From contig CANPVU010000001.1 of the NCBI GenBank assembly GCA_947581765.1, positions 5,513 through 69,512 of the forward strand: a stretch of 64,000 nucleotides of DNA, given 5' to 3'. The stretch is from an uncultured Bacilli bacterium. GTDB lineage: Bacteria; Bacillota_I; Bacilli_A; RF39; UBA660. The notes under the pieces are model-generated. The model ran no database searches, had not been told where the DNA came from, and was given only the letters and a program-made list of their open reading frames with translations. Shown one piece after another: positions 39,115 to 48,609 of the stretch. The first letter of the stretch is position 1. Every line of letters starts with the position of its first letter. The position numbers were made by a program, and so were the translations under genes.

Positions 39115-40623
39115 ATGCGCACAAAAAAGTCAATTACAAACATATTTTTCAACTTCAGCAATCAATTTATTACTTTAATTTTAAGCTTTTTTTCAAGAAA
39201 CATTTTTATCCATACATTAGGTGTTGAATATCTTGGAATAAATGGACTATTTAGTGATGTTTTAGGAATGTTATCACTTGCAGATTTAGGATTTAATACA
39301 GCAATGGTTTATAGCTTTTATAAGCCTATTGCTGAAAACAATCAAGAAAAGATTTCAGCTTTAATAACATTTTATCGAAAAATATATAATTTAATAGCAA
39401 TTGCTATTTCAATTATTGGTCTATGCTTAACACCTTTCATAAAATATATTGTTAATACAGATAAATCAATTTCAAACCTCGAAATTTATTATTTATTTGC
39501 ACTAACAGGTGTAGTAATATCATATTTATTTGTTTATAAAACTTCTATAATAACAGCTGATCAAAAAAATTATATTGTAACAAGAATTACAATTGTTACA
39601 AATATAATAAAAACAATAATTCAAATAATATCATTAATTATATTTAAAAATTTTATTATGTATTTATCTATAAATATATTATTTAATTTGTTAAACAATA
39701 TAATTGCTTCACATAAAGCTGTTACTATGTATCCATATATAAAAAACAAAAGAAATTTACCAAAAAGTGAGATTAAAAACATATTTATAAATTTAAAATC
39801 TGTATTTTTATATAAACTTTCTTCTTTAATGTTAAATGCTACAGACAATATTTTAATCTCTATAATTGTTGGTACTATAGCTGTTGGATATTATTCAAAT
39901 TATTTAATGATTAGTAATAAACTTTCACAAATTATTTCCTTATTTTTTACATCTGTAACTGCAAGTATAGGAAATATTATTGTAAAAGAAAAAGCATCTA
40001 AAAGATATGAAATATTTTCTGTTGAACAATCAATAAGTTTTATTATAAGTGGAATTGTTATACCATGTTTTACAATACTTATAAATGATTTAATTATACT
40101 ATGGTTAGGAAAAGATTATTCATTAGGATATGTTTTAGCAATTGTATTAGCTTTAAACTTATATCTTTCTTGTGTTTTACAACCATTATGGTCATATAGA
40201 GAAGCAACTGGTTTATACCAAAAAACAAAATGGATTATGTTTATATGTGCAATTATTAATATTGTTTTGTCAATTATATTTGGTTTACTATTTGGACTAT
40301 CCGGTATAATATTAGCATCATTCATTGCTAGAATATCAACATATGTGTGGTATGAACCTCATATTTTATTTAAAGAATATTTCGAAAGTCCTCCATATAC
40401 ATACTTTAAAGATTTAATAAAAAATTTTATTACTATAATAATCATTACTGTATTTTTATTTATTATATCTTCTAAATTTACTTCAATATCATTTACTACA
40501 CTTATAATTAAAGGTTTAATTTGTAGCACAGTATCTATTCTTATGATATTAGTAATTTATAAGAATAGTGATGGTATTAAATATTTAAAGAAGAAATTAA
40601 TAAGGAAGAAAAATAAACTTTAA
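39115..40623 (+). CDS. Wzx-type flippase (MOP superfamily)
   Basis: 502 aa, 12-14 transmembrane helices. Confidence 0.7.
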   Translation: MRTKKSITNIFFNFSNQFITLILSFFSRNIFIHTLGVEYLGINGLFSDVLGMLSLADLGFNTAMVYSFYKPIAENNQEKISALITFYRKIYNLIAIAISIIGLCLTPFIKYIVNTDKSISNLEIYYLFALTGVVISYLFVYKTSIITADQKNYIVTRITIVTNIIKTIIQIISLIIFKNFIMYLSINILFNLLNNIIASHKAVTMYPYIKNKRNLPKSEIKNIFINLKSVFLYKLSSLMLNATDNILISIIVGTIAVGYYSNYLMISNKLSQIISLFFTSVTASIGNIIVKEKASKRYEIFSVEQSISFIISGIVIPCFTILINDLIILWLGKDYSLGYVLAIVLALNLYLSCVLQPLWSYREATGLYQKTKWIMFICAIINIVLSIIFGLLFGLSGIILASFIARISTYVWYEPHILFKEYFESPPYTYFKDLIKNFITIIIITVFLFIISSKFTSISFTTLIIKGLICSTVSILMILVIYKNSDGIKYLKKKLIRKKNKL

Positions 40624-40646
40624 AAGGATATAAAATCCTTTTTTTT
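40624..40646 (+). terminator. Rho-independent terminator after the flippase gene
   Basis: AAGGAT-ATAAA-ATCCTT followed by T8. Confidence 0.55.
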
Positions 40647-40673
40647 GTTTATTATATATAACGAAAAGCGAGG

Positions 40674-41597
40674 ATGATTTATATGAGAAAGAAAAAAGAA
40701 AATAAAGAATATTTAGGATATTATATAAATGAATTTATAAATATATCCAAGATAAGGAATAAGGAGTCTACTTATTCAAATTATTTATATACTATTAATT
40801 CTAGAATGATTGTATTATATAATACTAAGATAAAAAATATAGATATTAAGTTTATAAATGAGTATACTAATTATTTATTTGATAAAGGTTTATGTAGTAA
40901 AAGTATTAAAGATACTTTAATACTTTTAAATGAAATATTAAAATTAGCAGATATACATATTAATATACCTATGCCTAAAGTAATTAAAAAAGAAATTTCA
41001 GTATTTAATGAAGATGAACAAATAGAACTTGAAAAATACCTTTTAAATAGTCCTAATAGCGTTAATTTAGGTATATACCTATCACTTTATACTGGAATTA
41101 GAATTGGTGAACTATGCGCCTTAAAATGGGAAAATATAGACCTTATTAATAATAAGATAACTATTAAAAAAACAATGTTAAGAATTAAAGATACAAACCC
41201 TAATAATAGAAACAAAACTAAAGTAATAGTAGATTCACCAAAAAGTACATCATCTATAAGAGATATTCCACTACCACCTTTTATATCATCTATGTTATCT
41301 AAAATAACTAATATATTACCAGAATACTATTTACTTACAAATAGTATATCTTATATAGAACCTAGATTATTATATAAAAAATATAAACAAATACTTAGTG
41401 AATTAAACTTATCTAAATATAACTTTCATACAATGAGACATACATTTGCTACACGTTGTATAAACCAAAACTTCCCTATTAAAATAGTCTCAGAAATATT
41501 AGGACACTCTAGTGTTAAAATAACACTAGATAGATATGTACATCCTAATTATAATGAAAAAGTAAAAATGATGAATAATTTACAAAAATTATATTAA
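40674..41597 (+). CDS. Tyrosine site-specific recombinase (phage integrase / Xer family), stand-alone
   Basis: C-terminal HTMRHTFATRCINQNFPIKIVSEILGHSSVKITLDRYVH (R...HxxR...Y catalytic box) and an N-terminal SAM-like core-binding domain. Probable start at the second ATG (40683), preceded by GAGGA. Confidence 0.8.
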   Translation: MIYMRKKKENKEYLGYYINEFINISKIRNKESTYSNYLYTINSRMIVLYNTKIKNIDIKFINEYTNYLFDKGLCSKSIKDTLILLNEILKLADIHINIPMPKVIKKEISVFNEDEQIELEKYLLNSPNSVNLGIYLSLYTGIRIGELCALKWENIDLINNKITIKKTMLRIKDTNPNNRNKTKVIVDSPKSTSSIRDIPLPPFISSMLSKITNILPEYYLLTNSISYIEPRLLYKKYKQILSELNLSKYNFHTMRHTFATRCINQNFPIKIVSEILGHSSVKITLDRYVHPNYNEKVKMMNNLQKLY

Positions 41598-41598
41598 A

Positions 41599-41621
41599 AG
41601 TGTCTAAAGACACTTTTTTGA
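41599..41621 (+). terminator. Rho-independent terminator after the recombinase gene
   Basis: AAGTGTC-TAAA-GACACTT followed by T6. A second palindrome GATGAT-ATCTC-ATCATC at 41633-41650 lies next to the convergent gene end. Confidence 0.55.
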
Positions 41622-41654
41622 TAAAAAAAAGATGATATCTCATCATCAATATAA

Positions 41655-42338
41655 TTACTTAGATCCCTTACGTGATAATACTACTTTAAATGTCTTAAAA
41701 AATATTTTTACATCCATTTTAAATGATACATGATTAGAATAATACTTTTCTAACTCTAATCTCTTATCAAATGTAGTATCACTTCTTCCAGATACTTGCC
41801 AGTATCCAGTAAGACCAGGTTTAGTTTTAACTATATCATTATAGTAAACACCCATATCAAATTTTTCTCTTGGTAGGTAAGGTCTATTTCCTATTAAGGA
41901 CATATCCCCTTTTAATACATTAATTAATTGTGGTAATTCATCTAAAGATGCTATTCTAAGTATTTTCCCCATCTTAGTTATTCTAGGATCATTTTCCAAC
42001 TTTTTATTTATTTTATATTCTTGTGCCAACTCTTTGTTATTTTTAAGAATTTTTTCTAACTCATCATCAGCATTTACAATCATAGTTCTAAATTTATAAA
42101 ATTTAAATAATACCCCATTTTTCCCAATTCTTTTTTGTGTAAAAAATATCGAATGAAAATCCCCAGATAGCATATACGATATCTTTACAATAATAGAAAT
42201 AGGAATTAAAAGTAAACATCCAATAAATGAAAATATAATATCAAAAATTCTCTTTGATATTAAATATAATCTTTGTTTTGAAATACTAGTTGTTTTTACA
42301 TCCATACCAACAACATCAAACTGTGATATTTCATTCAT
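41655..42338 (-). CDS. Initiating undecaprenyl-phosphate sugar-phosphate transferase (Bac_transf family, small form)
   Basis: KRIFDIIFSFIGCLLL...FYKFRTM...DELPQLINVLKGDMSLIGNRP...PGLTGYWQVSGRS, the canonical bacterial sugar transferase C-terminal domain. Confidence 0.8.
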   Translation of the reverse strand: MNEISQFDVVGMDVKTTSISKQRLYLISKRIFDIIFSFIGCLLLIPISIIVKISYMLSGDFHSIFFTQKRIGKNGVLFKFYKFRTMIVNADDELEKILKNNKELAQEYKINKKLENDPRITKMGKILRIASLDELPQLINVLKGDMSLIGNRPYLPREKFDMGVYYNDIVKTKPGLTGYWQVSGRSDTTFDKRLELEKYYSNHVSFKMDVKIFFKTFKVVLSRKGSK

Positions 42339-42487
42339 AGTCTATACCCCTTTATCTAATTTTAAAACTAGCTTAAAAGCTAATTTTTTCAAGAAAACAG
42401 TCACTATAATACTACAAATTTTATATTTTTGCAACTCTTTATGTATATTTTTATTCAAAGTGATGTATATAATGAGTAATTATAAAA

Positions 42488-44023
42488 TTACTCATTATAT
42501 ACAGATATTATTTTACTTCTTGCTTTGTCTATTTCAGCTTGAGATGGTTCCATAACATATGTCCATGTTTCAGGTATTGTATAAGTATATCCTCTTGAAT
42601 CTTTTCCATCTACACTTTGCTTAACAATTTTCCAAGCACTCATATTATTTAACTGATTTTTTACTAATTTTTGAATAACACTTTTTGGCATATCAGTTAG
42701 ATAAAATGAACTAAATGATTGTAATAATTCATCATATTTTAACAACAATGATTTGTTTTTAAACATTTTATTCATAATAGCTTCTAATACTTGTTGTTGA
42801 TTTAATACTCTATGTCTATCTCCGCCTTTATATGCATATCTTTCTCTTGCATATGCTAAGGCATGTTCACCGTCTAAGTGATTCCATCCTTTAGGAACTA
42901 CCCATCCTTTAATATGGTATGAATTAAATGTTATATCTGAGTATACATCTACTCCCCCTATTAAGTCTACTAATTTAACTACAGAAGTAAATCCTACTTT
43001 AACAGTATAATCAATTTTTATATCAAATATACTCTCTATAGTCTTTTTAGTCATATTCATTCCATACATACCACTATGTGTTAACTTATCTCTTAACCCT
43101 GTTGTACCAGGTAATTGTATATAATAATCTCTTGGTATACTAGTAAGTAATATAGTCCTTGTACTAGGATTTAATGTCATAATCATATTAACATCAGATA
43201 AAGAATTATTTACTATATTAGTAGTTCTACTATCACTACCAGATATTAATATATTTATTCCATTAGCATTACTTTTTTGTTTTACAGTATTAGAATTATT
43301 ACTAGTACTAGTTTTATTACTACTATTACTATTACTTACATCATTACTAGTATTATTACTATTACTGTTACTATTACTATTATTATTGCTTACATCATTA
43401 TTAATAATAATTTTATCTTCATATTCATAAGAATAAATAATTCTAATATTTGAAGCAGAATCACTAACTACTTCCTCTAATAAATCTAAGTAAACACTAT
43501 TAGATACAAATGAATCTATCTTATTATTTTTTAAATCCTTATATAATTGACTTACATCTTTATAACTTTTAAATTGAATATTTATTTTACTTTTAATCTC
43601 ACTTAAATAATCAGGACTAATAGTACTATTATCTATATATCCCATAGTTTTATTATTTAATGATTCAATCTTATCATAATTACTATCCTTTAATACTACT
43701 ACATTATATGCTGATTTCTCAACTTCGTAATTATTAAATCCATTATCTAAAAAATCATTAGTACTATCTACATACTTAATACCTATACCACATAATATAA
43801 TTAATATTACATATATAATACCACTAACTATTTTAGTCCATATCTTCTTAACAAATATACCTATAATACCAATTATATTTAATATAACAATACCTGCTAT
43901 TATTAAGTATAAATATTTATTAGGAATCATATCAAGATCTATTAACTCTTTTACAAGCCAACCAGAAAGAACTAATACTACAAATACTATAATTATTCTT
44001 AATATAGTCCATATCTTCTTCAT
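42488..44023 (-). CDS. LytR-CpsA-Psr (LCP) family glycopolymer-to-peptidoglycan ligase
   Basis: N-terminal transmembrane segments, Asn/Ser-rich linker, then INILISGSDSR...VNMIMTLNPSTRTILLTSIPRDYY LCP core. Confidence 0.75.
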   Translation of the reverse strand: MKKIWTILRIIIVFVVLVLSGWLVKELIDLDMIPNKYLYLIIAGIVILNIIGIIGIFVKKIWTKIVSGIIYVILIILCGIGIKYVDSTNDFLDNGFNNYEVEKSAYNVVVLKDSNYDKIESLNNKTMGYIDNSTISPDYLSEIKSKINIQFKSYKDVSQLYKDLKNNKIDSFVSNSVYLDLLEEVVSDSASNIRIIYSYEYEDKIIINNDVSNNNSNSNSNSNNTSNDVSNSNSSNKTSTSNNSNTVKQKSNANGINILISGSDSRTTNIVNNSLSDVNMIMTLNPSTRTILLTSIPRDYYIQLPGTTGLRDKLTHSGMYGMNMTKKTIESIFDIKIDYTVKVGFTSVVKLVDLIGGVDVYSDITFNSYHIKGWVVPKGWNHLDGEHALAYARERYAYKGGDRHRVLNQQQVLEAIMNKMFKNKSLLLKYDELLQSFSSFYLTDMPKSVIQKLVKNQLNNMSAWKIVKQSVDGKDSRGYTYTIPETWTYVMEPSQAEIDKARSKIISVYNE

Positions 44024-44076
44024 AATAAAATCTCCTCCTCGGACTAATTTATTATAACATACCCTAAGAAAAAATA

Positions 44077-45183
44077 CTAGAATATTTTATCTAGTATTTT
44101 ACTGTTTACAATTTTATTTTTCACATTATCTATCTTTATACTTATTTTATCTACTAATTTAGTATATCTTTTTTCTAATAAATATATTCTTAATAATTCT
44201 ATAACTGAACATACTATAAATATAAAACTAATAACAAATATAGAATAAATAATAAAATAACTTGTATTAAATATAGTATCTACTTTAAATACATTTTGCC
44301 AAATACGTACAAATTTTCTAAGCATTCTAGAATCATGTATTAAATATATACCAAATGTAGTACTAGACACTAAATTAATAAATTTATTATTTTTAATATT
44401 TATATTTTTAAATCCTAAAAACATAATAAGTGCTATTAATAGTACATCTATAGAATACATATCATAATAATAAAATATATAATCACGTAATACTGAATAC
44501 TTAGTACTAGCTACACTTAAAACTATTCCAAAAAAAGCACTAATTAATAATAATACAATAGATATACATATACACATACCACCATTTAACTTTATATCAT
44601 CTTTATACAACTTTATATATCCACCTACTCCATATAAATATATAAGCCATATTAACTGATTAACATATAAATTAACTTTAACAAAAGTAGGAATAATAAC
44701 CCATAATATAGTACATAATATTAATATTTTTTTATATGTTAATTTATCTATTTTGCTAATAAATAAATTTATATATGGTATAAATAAATAAAGTACAAAG
44801 TATGTTGTTGCAAACCACCAACATGAATGTGTAATTGGCATAACAGCATTAATAAATTCTTGCTTATTAAATTTAACAGAAGTAAATAATACTGCTAATA
44901 CATATATAGTTATAGAATAAAAGAATGCTTGTAACCATAACTTTAATAACTTAGATATCTTAATATCTTTTTTATGTATCATAAAATATCCAGTAATTAA
45001 TACAAATACATCTACTCCTACTTTTCCACCTACTCTTAAAAGATAAAGCCAAAATTCATTTAATCCCATAGCATTATAATTACATGTTATACTACTATGT
45101 ACAGATAAGTGATGTCCTATAATCATCACCATACTAATTATTCTTAGTAATTCAATATTAGATTTTCTATTCATAATAACCAT
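44077..45183 (-). CDS. Acyltransferase family 3 membrane O-acyltransferase
   Basis: NIELLRIISMVMIIGHH start and a 10-TM topology typical of acyltransferase family 3 (OatA/WecH-like). No SGNH domain. Confidence 0.7.
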   Translation of the reverse strand: MVIMNRKSNIELLRIISMVMIIGHHLSVHSSITCNYNAMGLNEFWLYLLRVGGKVGVDVFVLITGYFMIHKKDIKISKLLKLWLQAFFYSITIYVLAVLFTSVKFNKQEFINAVMPITHSCWWFATTYFVLYLFIPYINLFISKIDKLTYKKILILCTILWVIIPTFVKVNLYVNQLIWLIYLYGVGGYIKLYKDDIKLNGGMCICISIVLLLISAFFGIVLSVASTKYSVLRDYIFYYYDMYSIDVLLIALIMFLGFKNINIKNNKFINLVSSTTFGIYLIHDSRMLRKFVRIWQNVFKVDTIFNTSYFIIYSIFVISFIFIVCSVIELLRIYLLEKRYTKLVDKISIKIDNVKNKIVNSKILDKIF

Positions 45184-45198
45184 TCCCCCTATAGCAAT

Positions 45199-45981
45199 CT
45201 ACTCTAAATAACTATTACCTGTTTCATAATCAATAACTATCCCCTTTTGTACATTAAATACATATACATTAAATTTTATTCCTTCACCATTATCCTCAAC
45301 AGAATATCCTTCCATTAATACTCCACTTGCTACTAAGTTATTACCATCATATATAGGAGTAACTCTATATAGTACATGGTTTTTAGTCTCCTTTACATAT
45401 TCTGCTACTAAATCTTCAAAATATAACATACCTACATTATTCATATACCTAGTACAAGTAATTAAATTTTTTTCATTAGCATTCTCACCAGTCAATTGAT
45501 ATCCAATTAAATGACATCTATTATATAAATACTTACCCTCTACTATATCATACTTAACAGTATGCCATCCTGATGGCTTAATCATACCAATACTTTCTCT
45601 TTTAGTAGTAGGCATAATATCTATTCCAACAGAAGCAAAAGCTACTCCACATCTACCTAATGAATCTAAATTACTATATTTTTCAAATGACTTAGTAGTA
45701 ATATCACTATCAGTAAAATATGGTTCATTATTATTAATAACTACATAAGGACTACCACTATACTTTGGTATATTATCTAAAGTTATTACCTCATCTATAT
45801 TATTATTTACTTTAGTAGTTACATTAGAACTATTATTACTACCTAATACATAGTTAGCAACATTATCATTATAAATAAGTACTAAGTATACAATAAATAA
45901 AAATAAAACAATATATTCAATTGGATTTAAATTTAATCTTCTTAAAATACTTTTTTTAATTTTTCTACTACGTCTTCTCAT
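45199..45981 (-). CDS. Membrane-anchored DNA/RNA non-specific endonuclease (EndA/NucA DNA-entry nuclease family)
   Basis: KPSGWHTVKY...YLYNRCHLIGYQL...FNVYVFNVQKGIVIDYETGN is colinear with pneumococcal EndA (TPPGWHQVKN...DRGHLLGYAL...NVLVPNVQKGLQLDYRTGE). N-terminal TM anchor. Confidence 0.7.
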   Translation of the reverse strand: MRRRSRKIKKSILRRLNLNPIEYIVLFLFIVYLVLIYNDNVANYVLGSNNSSNVTTKVNNNIDEVITLDNIPKYSGSPYVVINNNEPYFTDSDITTKSFEKYSNLDSLGRCGVAFASVGIDIMPTTKRESIGMIKPSGWHTVKYDIVEGKYLYNRCHLIGYQLTGENANEKNLITCTRYMNNVGMLYFEDLVAEYVKETKNHVLYRVTPIYDGNNLVASGVLMEGYSVEDNGEGIKFNVYVFNVQKGIVIDYETGNSYLE

Positions 45982-46042
45982 ATCTTTCCTACCCTATAAC
46001 AATTATAACACATAATAAAAAAAGATAACAAGTACTGTTATC

Positions 46043-47590
46043 TTAATAAAGTGATTGTGAATACTCAATTGGTTCATATACAGTTCCTGTAAACCATACC
46101 TCACCTGAGTTTTTATCTCTAACTAAGAATAAATATGGTTTATCAAAAGTTAAATCTATACTTTCTATTGGAACTTCATATAAATAATCAAATCCACATT
46201 TAGAAGATCCTAACCCTTCAAGTGTAACTGGATCTGCTTCCTTAATTCCATCATTTGAAAAATCTACATCTACTTTGTGCTCTATACTATCTAAATAAAC
46301 CTTACTATCTATTAAATTAGATAAATTAGCCTTCTTACTATCAAAAACATCAGTTATACCTAATTTATTTAAATCTTCCTCTAAATTAATTCTAGATAAA
46401 ATATCAAATACTGGAATAGTTCCTTCTACTTTTGTAATTACTCCATCTTTAAAGCTATCTAACTCTATACCTTTAAGATTATTAATTAAATTATTTATAT
46501 CTGAAGAATTAATACCATCAATATATTTTTTCAAACTTACCTTTGTTGGCATAATACCTACATATTGTAATGTAATACCATTATACTCTTTTAAATCTTT
46601 AGCAAATACCTTTACGTTATCATCAGTATAAAACATAAAGTCAGTAGAACTAGTCACATCATCATAACCAATATTAATTTCTTGAAGATATTTATCTACA
46701 TATACTTTTGCAGGCATTTCTTTTGTAGGATCACCAGAACATGATTTTGGAGCACCCTCTTCTAACCATTTTTTATACTCATTAATTACATTTTGTCTTA
46801 TATTTTCCATACCTAAAGAATTAATAATATCATACCTATTAGCTACTGCTGATATTTTTACAGCCTTAGCCTCCATTGCATTATCATTAAACTTTAAATT
46901 AGTATAATCTTTTGCATTTAATGGTCCTATATACTCAAGAAACTTTCTATGGTGATAATTAATAAAATATGGTCTATCAGAATCTTGTATCTTATTTTCC
47001 CAATCCATATCTATAGCAAGTGTATTAAGTAAAACAAAATTCTTATCAGATATATCATCAACCATGTTATCAATTAAATTAAATGTTCTATTTCCAACCC
47101 AACTATTTATTTTATCTGATGTATTAAATGAATCATATATAACATCAGCATCATATTTATCTTTTATTGAACTAATATATTTACTCTTTATTTTATCTTT
47201 TAGGGAATCTCTAACAAATAAAGCATTTACAAAAGACATAGTCTCAGTATTTGTATATCTACCATAATCATAAGTACCTATAACATCAGTTATCTGTTTT
47301 TTACTATTACCAACAGATCCTTCCTGTAACATTTTTAGTGCATACTTAATAGCAATTGGACTATATGCCTTATTCTTCTCTTCATTTTCAAGTTTCAAAA
47401 AATATAAATCAAAATCTTGTAAACTATTACCATTTAATCTATATTTGGAACTTTCTTTATTAATCTTAATTGGGAGCAATAAACTTATCCCTAAAGCTAT
47501 AACAATAAACAATAATAATACAATTACTATTCTCATTATACTATTATATTTGTTATTATTAACAGTTTCAACATTTTGATCTTTTTCCAT
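46043..47590 (-). CDS. Serpin (serine protease inhibitor) with N-terminal membrane anchor
   Basis: C-terminal DKPYLFLVRDKNSGEVWFTGTVYEP matches the serpin signature (PFLFxIR...FxGRVxxP). Internal AIKYALKMLQEGSVGNSKKQI and NALFVRDSL resemble serpin helix A and the s3A region. One transmembrane segment near the N-terminus. Confidence 0.65.
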   Translation of the reverse strand: MEKDQNVETVNNNKYNSIMRIVIVLLLFIVIALGISLLLPIKINKESSKYRLNGNSLQDFDLYFLKLENEEKNKAYSPIAIKYALKMLQEGSVGNSKKQITDVIGTYDYGRYTNTETMSFVNALFVRDSLKDKIKSKYISSIKDKYDADVIYDSFNTSDKINSWVGNRTFNLIDNMVDDISDKNFVLLNTLAIDMDWENKIQDSDRPYFINYHHRKFLEYIGPLNAKDYTNLKFNDNAMEAKAVKISAVANRYDIINSLGMENIRQNVINEYKKWLEEGAPKSCSGDPTKEMPAKVYVDKYLQEINIGYDDVTSSTDFMFYTDDNVKVFAKDLKEYNGITLQYVGIMPTKVSLKKYIDGINSSDINNLINNLKGIELDSFKDGVITKVEGTIPVFDILSRINLEEDLNKLGITDVFDSKKANLSNLIDSKVYLDSIEHKVDVDFSNDGIKEADPVTLEGLGSSKCGFDYLYEVPIESIDLTFDKPYLFLVRDKNSGEVWFTGTVYEPIEYSQSLY

Positions 47591-47656
47591 CTAACTACTC
47601 CTCCTATGCTATCAAATTAATTATAAAATTATACAAAAAAAAAGTCAATTAAAAAG

Positions 47657-48598
47657 CTACATATTATGTAACTTTTCTACAAATTCTCTAATTATATGAT
47701 AACTATTAGAATCTACTCTATATGCATAAGCATACTCTCTTTTAGGTAACTTAAAATCAGTTTTAATTGGTATTAATTCTTTATTTTCTAATTCTTTTTT
47801 TACTAAATTAGTAACTACTAATCCTATACCTATACCTAACTTAACATATTCTTCTACTAAATAATTATGTGACAACTGATATGTTGGTAAAAATTTTAAT
47901 CCTGCTTTACTAAATTCATTCTCTAAATTCTTTCTACCAGTTCCACTACCTAATTTACATATAATAGGATAATTATTTAATTCTTTTAACGTTATATAAC
48001 TTGGATACTTATCACAAACCAAACTACTAACAACTAACTCATCTTCAACAGTAATCCATTTTTCAATTACTATATTATCATATGTTTCATTAACTTCCTG
48101 TTTAGTAAAGAATATAATATCATATTTTCCTTCTCTTAATTTTTGAAGTGCTATATCATAGTCATCTGAACTAAGATTAAATTTTATTTTAGGATACTTC
48201 TCATTAAATTTAGCAAGAACTTTTAATATATAACATTTAGTAGTAGAAAAACCTGCATTAATACAAATTTCTTTATCAAATTCATTACTCTTCTTAGCAA
48301 ATGCATTAGAAGTACCATTTAATTTTTCTATAGGTTCTTTTATTTCATTATAAAGTATCATACCATCATGTGTTAACTCTATACCTTTTGTATTCTTAGT
48401 TATAAGTTTTTTTCCAAGTGATTCTTCTAATTTTCTAATACTTTTTGTAATAGCTGGTTGACTAACACATAAAAAGTTAGCAGCTTTTGTAACATTTTTA
48501 AATTCACAAACATAATAAAAAACATTATACCAATCAAAATTTATATTCATAACATCACCGTTACAAGGTATTATATCAAAATAAAAAGAACTATACAA
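47657..48598 (-). CDS. LysR-family transcriptional regulator
   Basis: HTH region VTKAANFLCVSQPAITKSIRKLEESLGKKLITKNTKGIELTHDG, followed by a substrate-binding domain. Likely start at the internal MNINFD. Confidence 0.75.
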   Translation of the reverse strand: MYSSFYFDIIPCNGDVMNINFDWYNVFYYVCEFKNVTKAANFLCVSQPAITKSIRKLEESLGKKLITKNTKGIELTHDGMILYNEIKEPIEKLNGTSNAFAKKSNEFDKEICINAGFSTTKCYILKVLAKFNEKYPKIKFNLSSDDYDIALQKLREGKYDIIFFTKQEVNETYDNIVIEKWITVEDELVVSSLVCDKYPSYITLKELNNYPIICKLGSGTGRKNLENEFSKAGLKFLPTYQLSHNYLVEEYVKLGIGIGLVVTNLVKKELENKELIPIKTDFKLPKREYAYAYRVDSNSYHIIREFVEKLHNM

Positions 48599-48609
48599 TT
48601 TGTATAATT

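Noticed and set aside
43240-43400. Tandem trinucleotide-like repeats (ACTATTACT / ATTACTATT) that could look like a repeat array
   Set aside because: They encode the Asn/Ser-rich low-complexity linker (NSNSNSNN...) of the LCP protein on the minus strand. No spacer-repeat periodicity. Not CRISPR.
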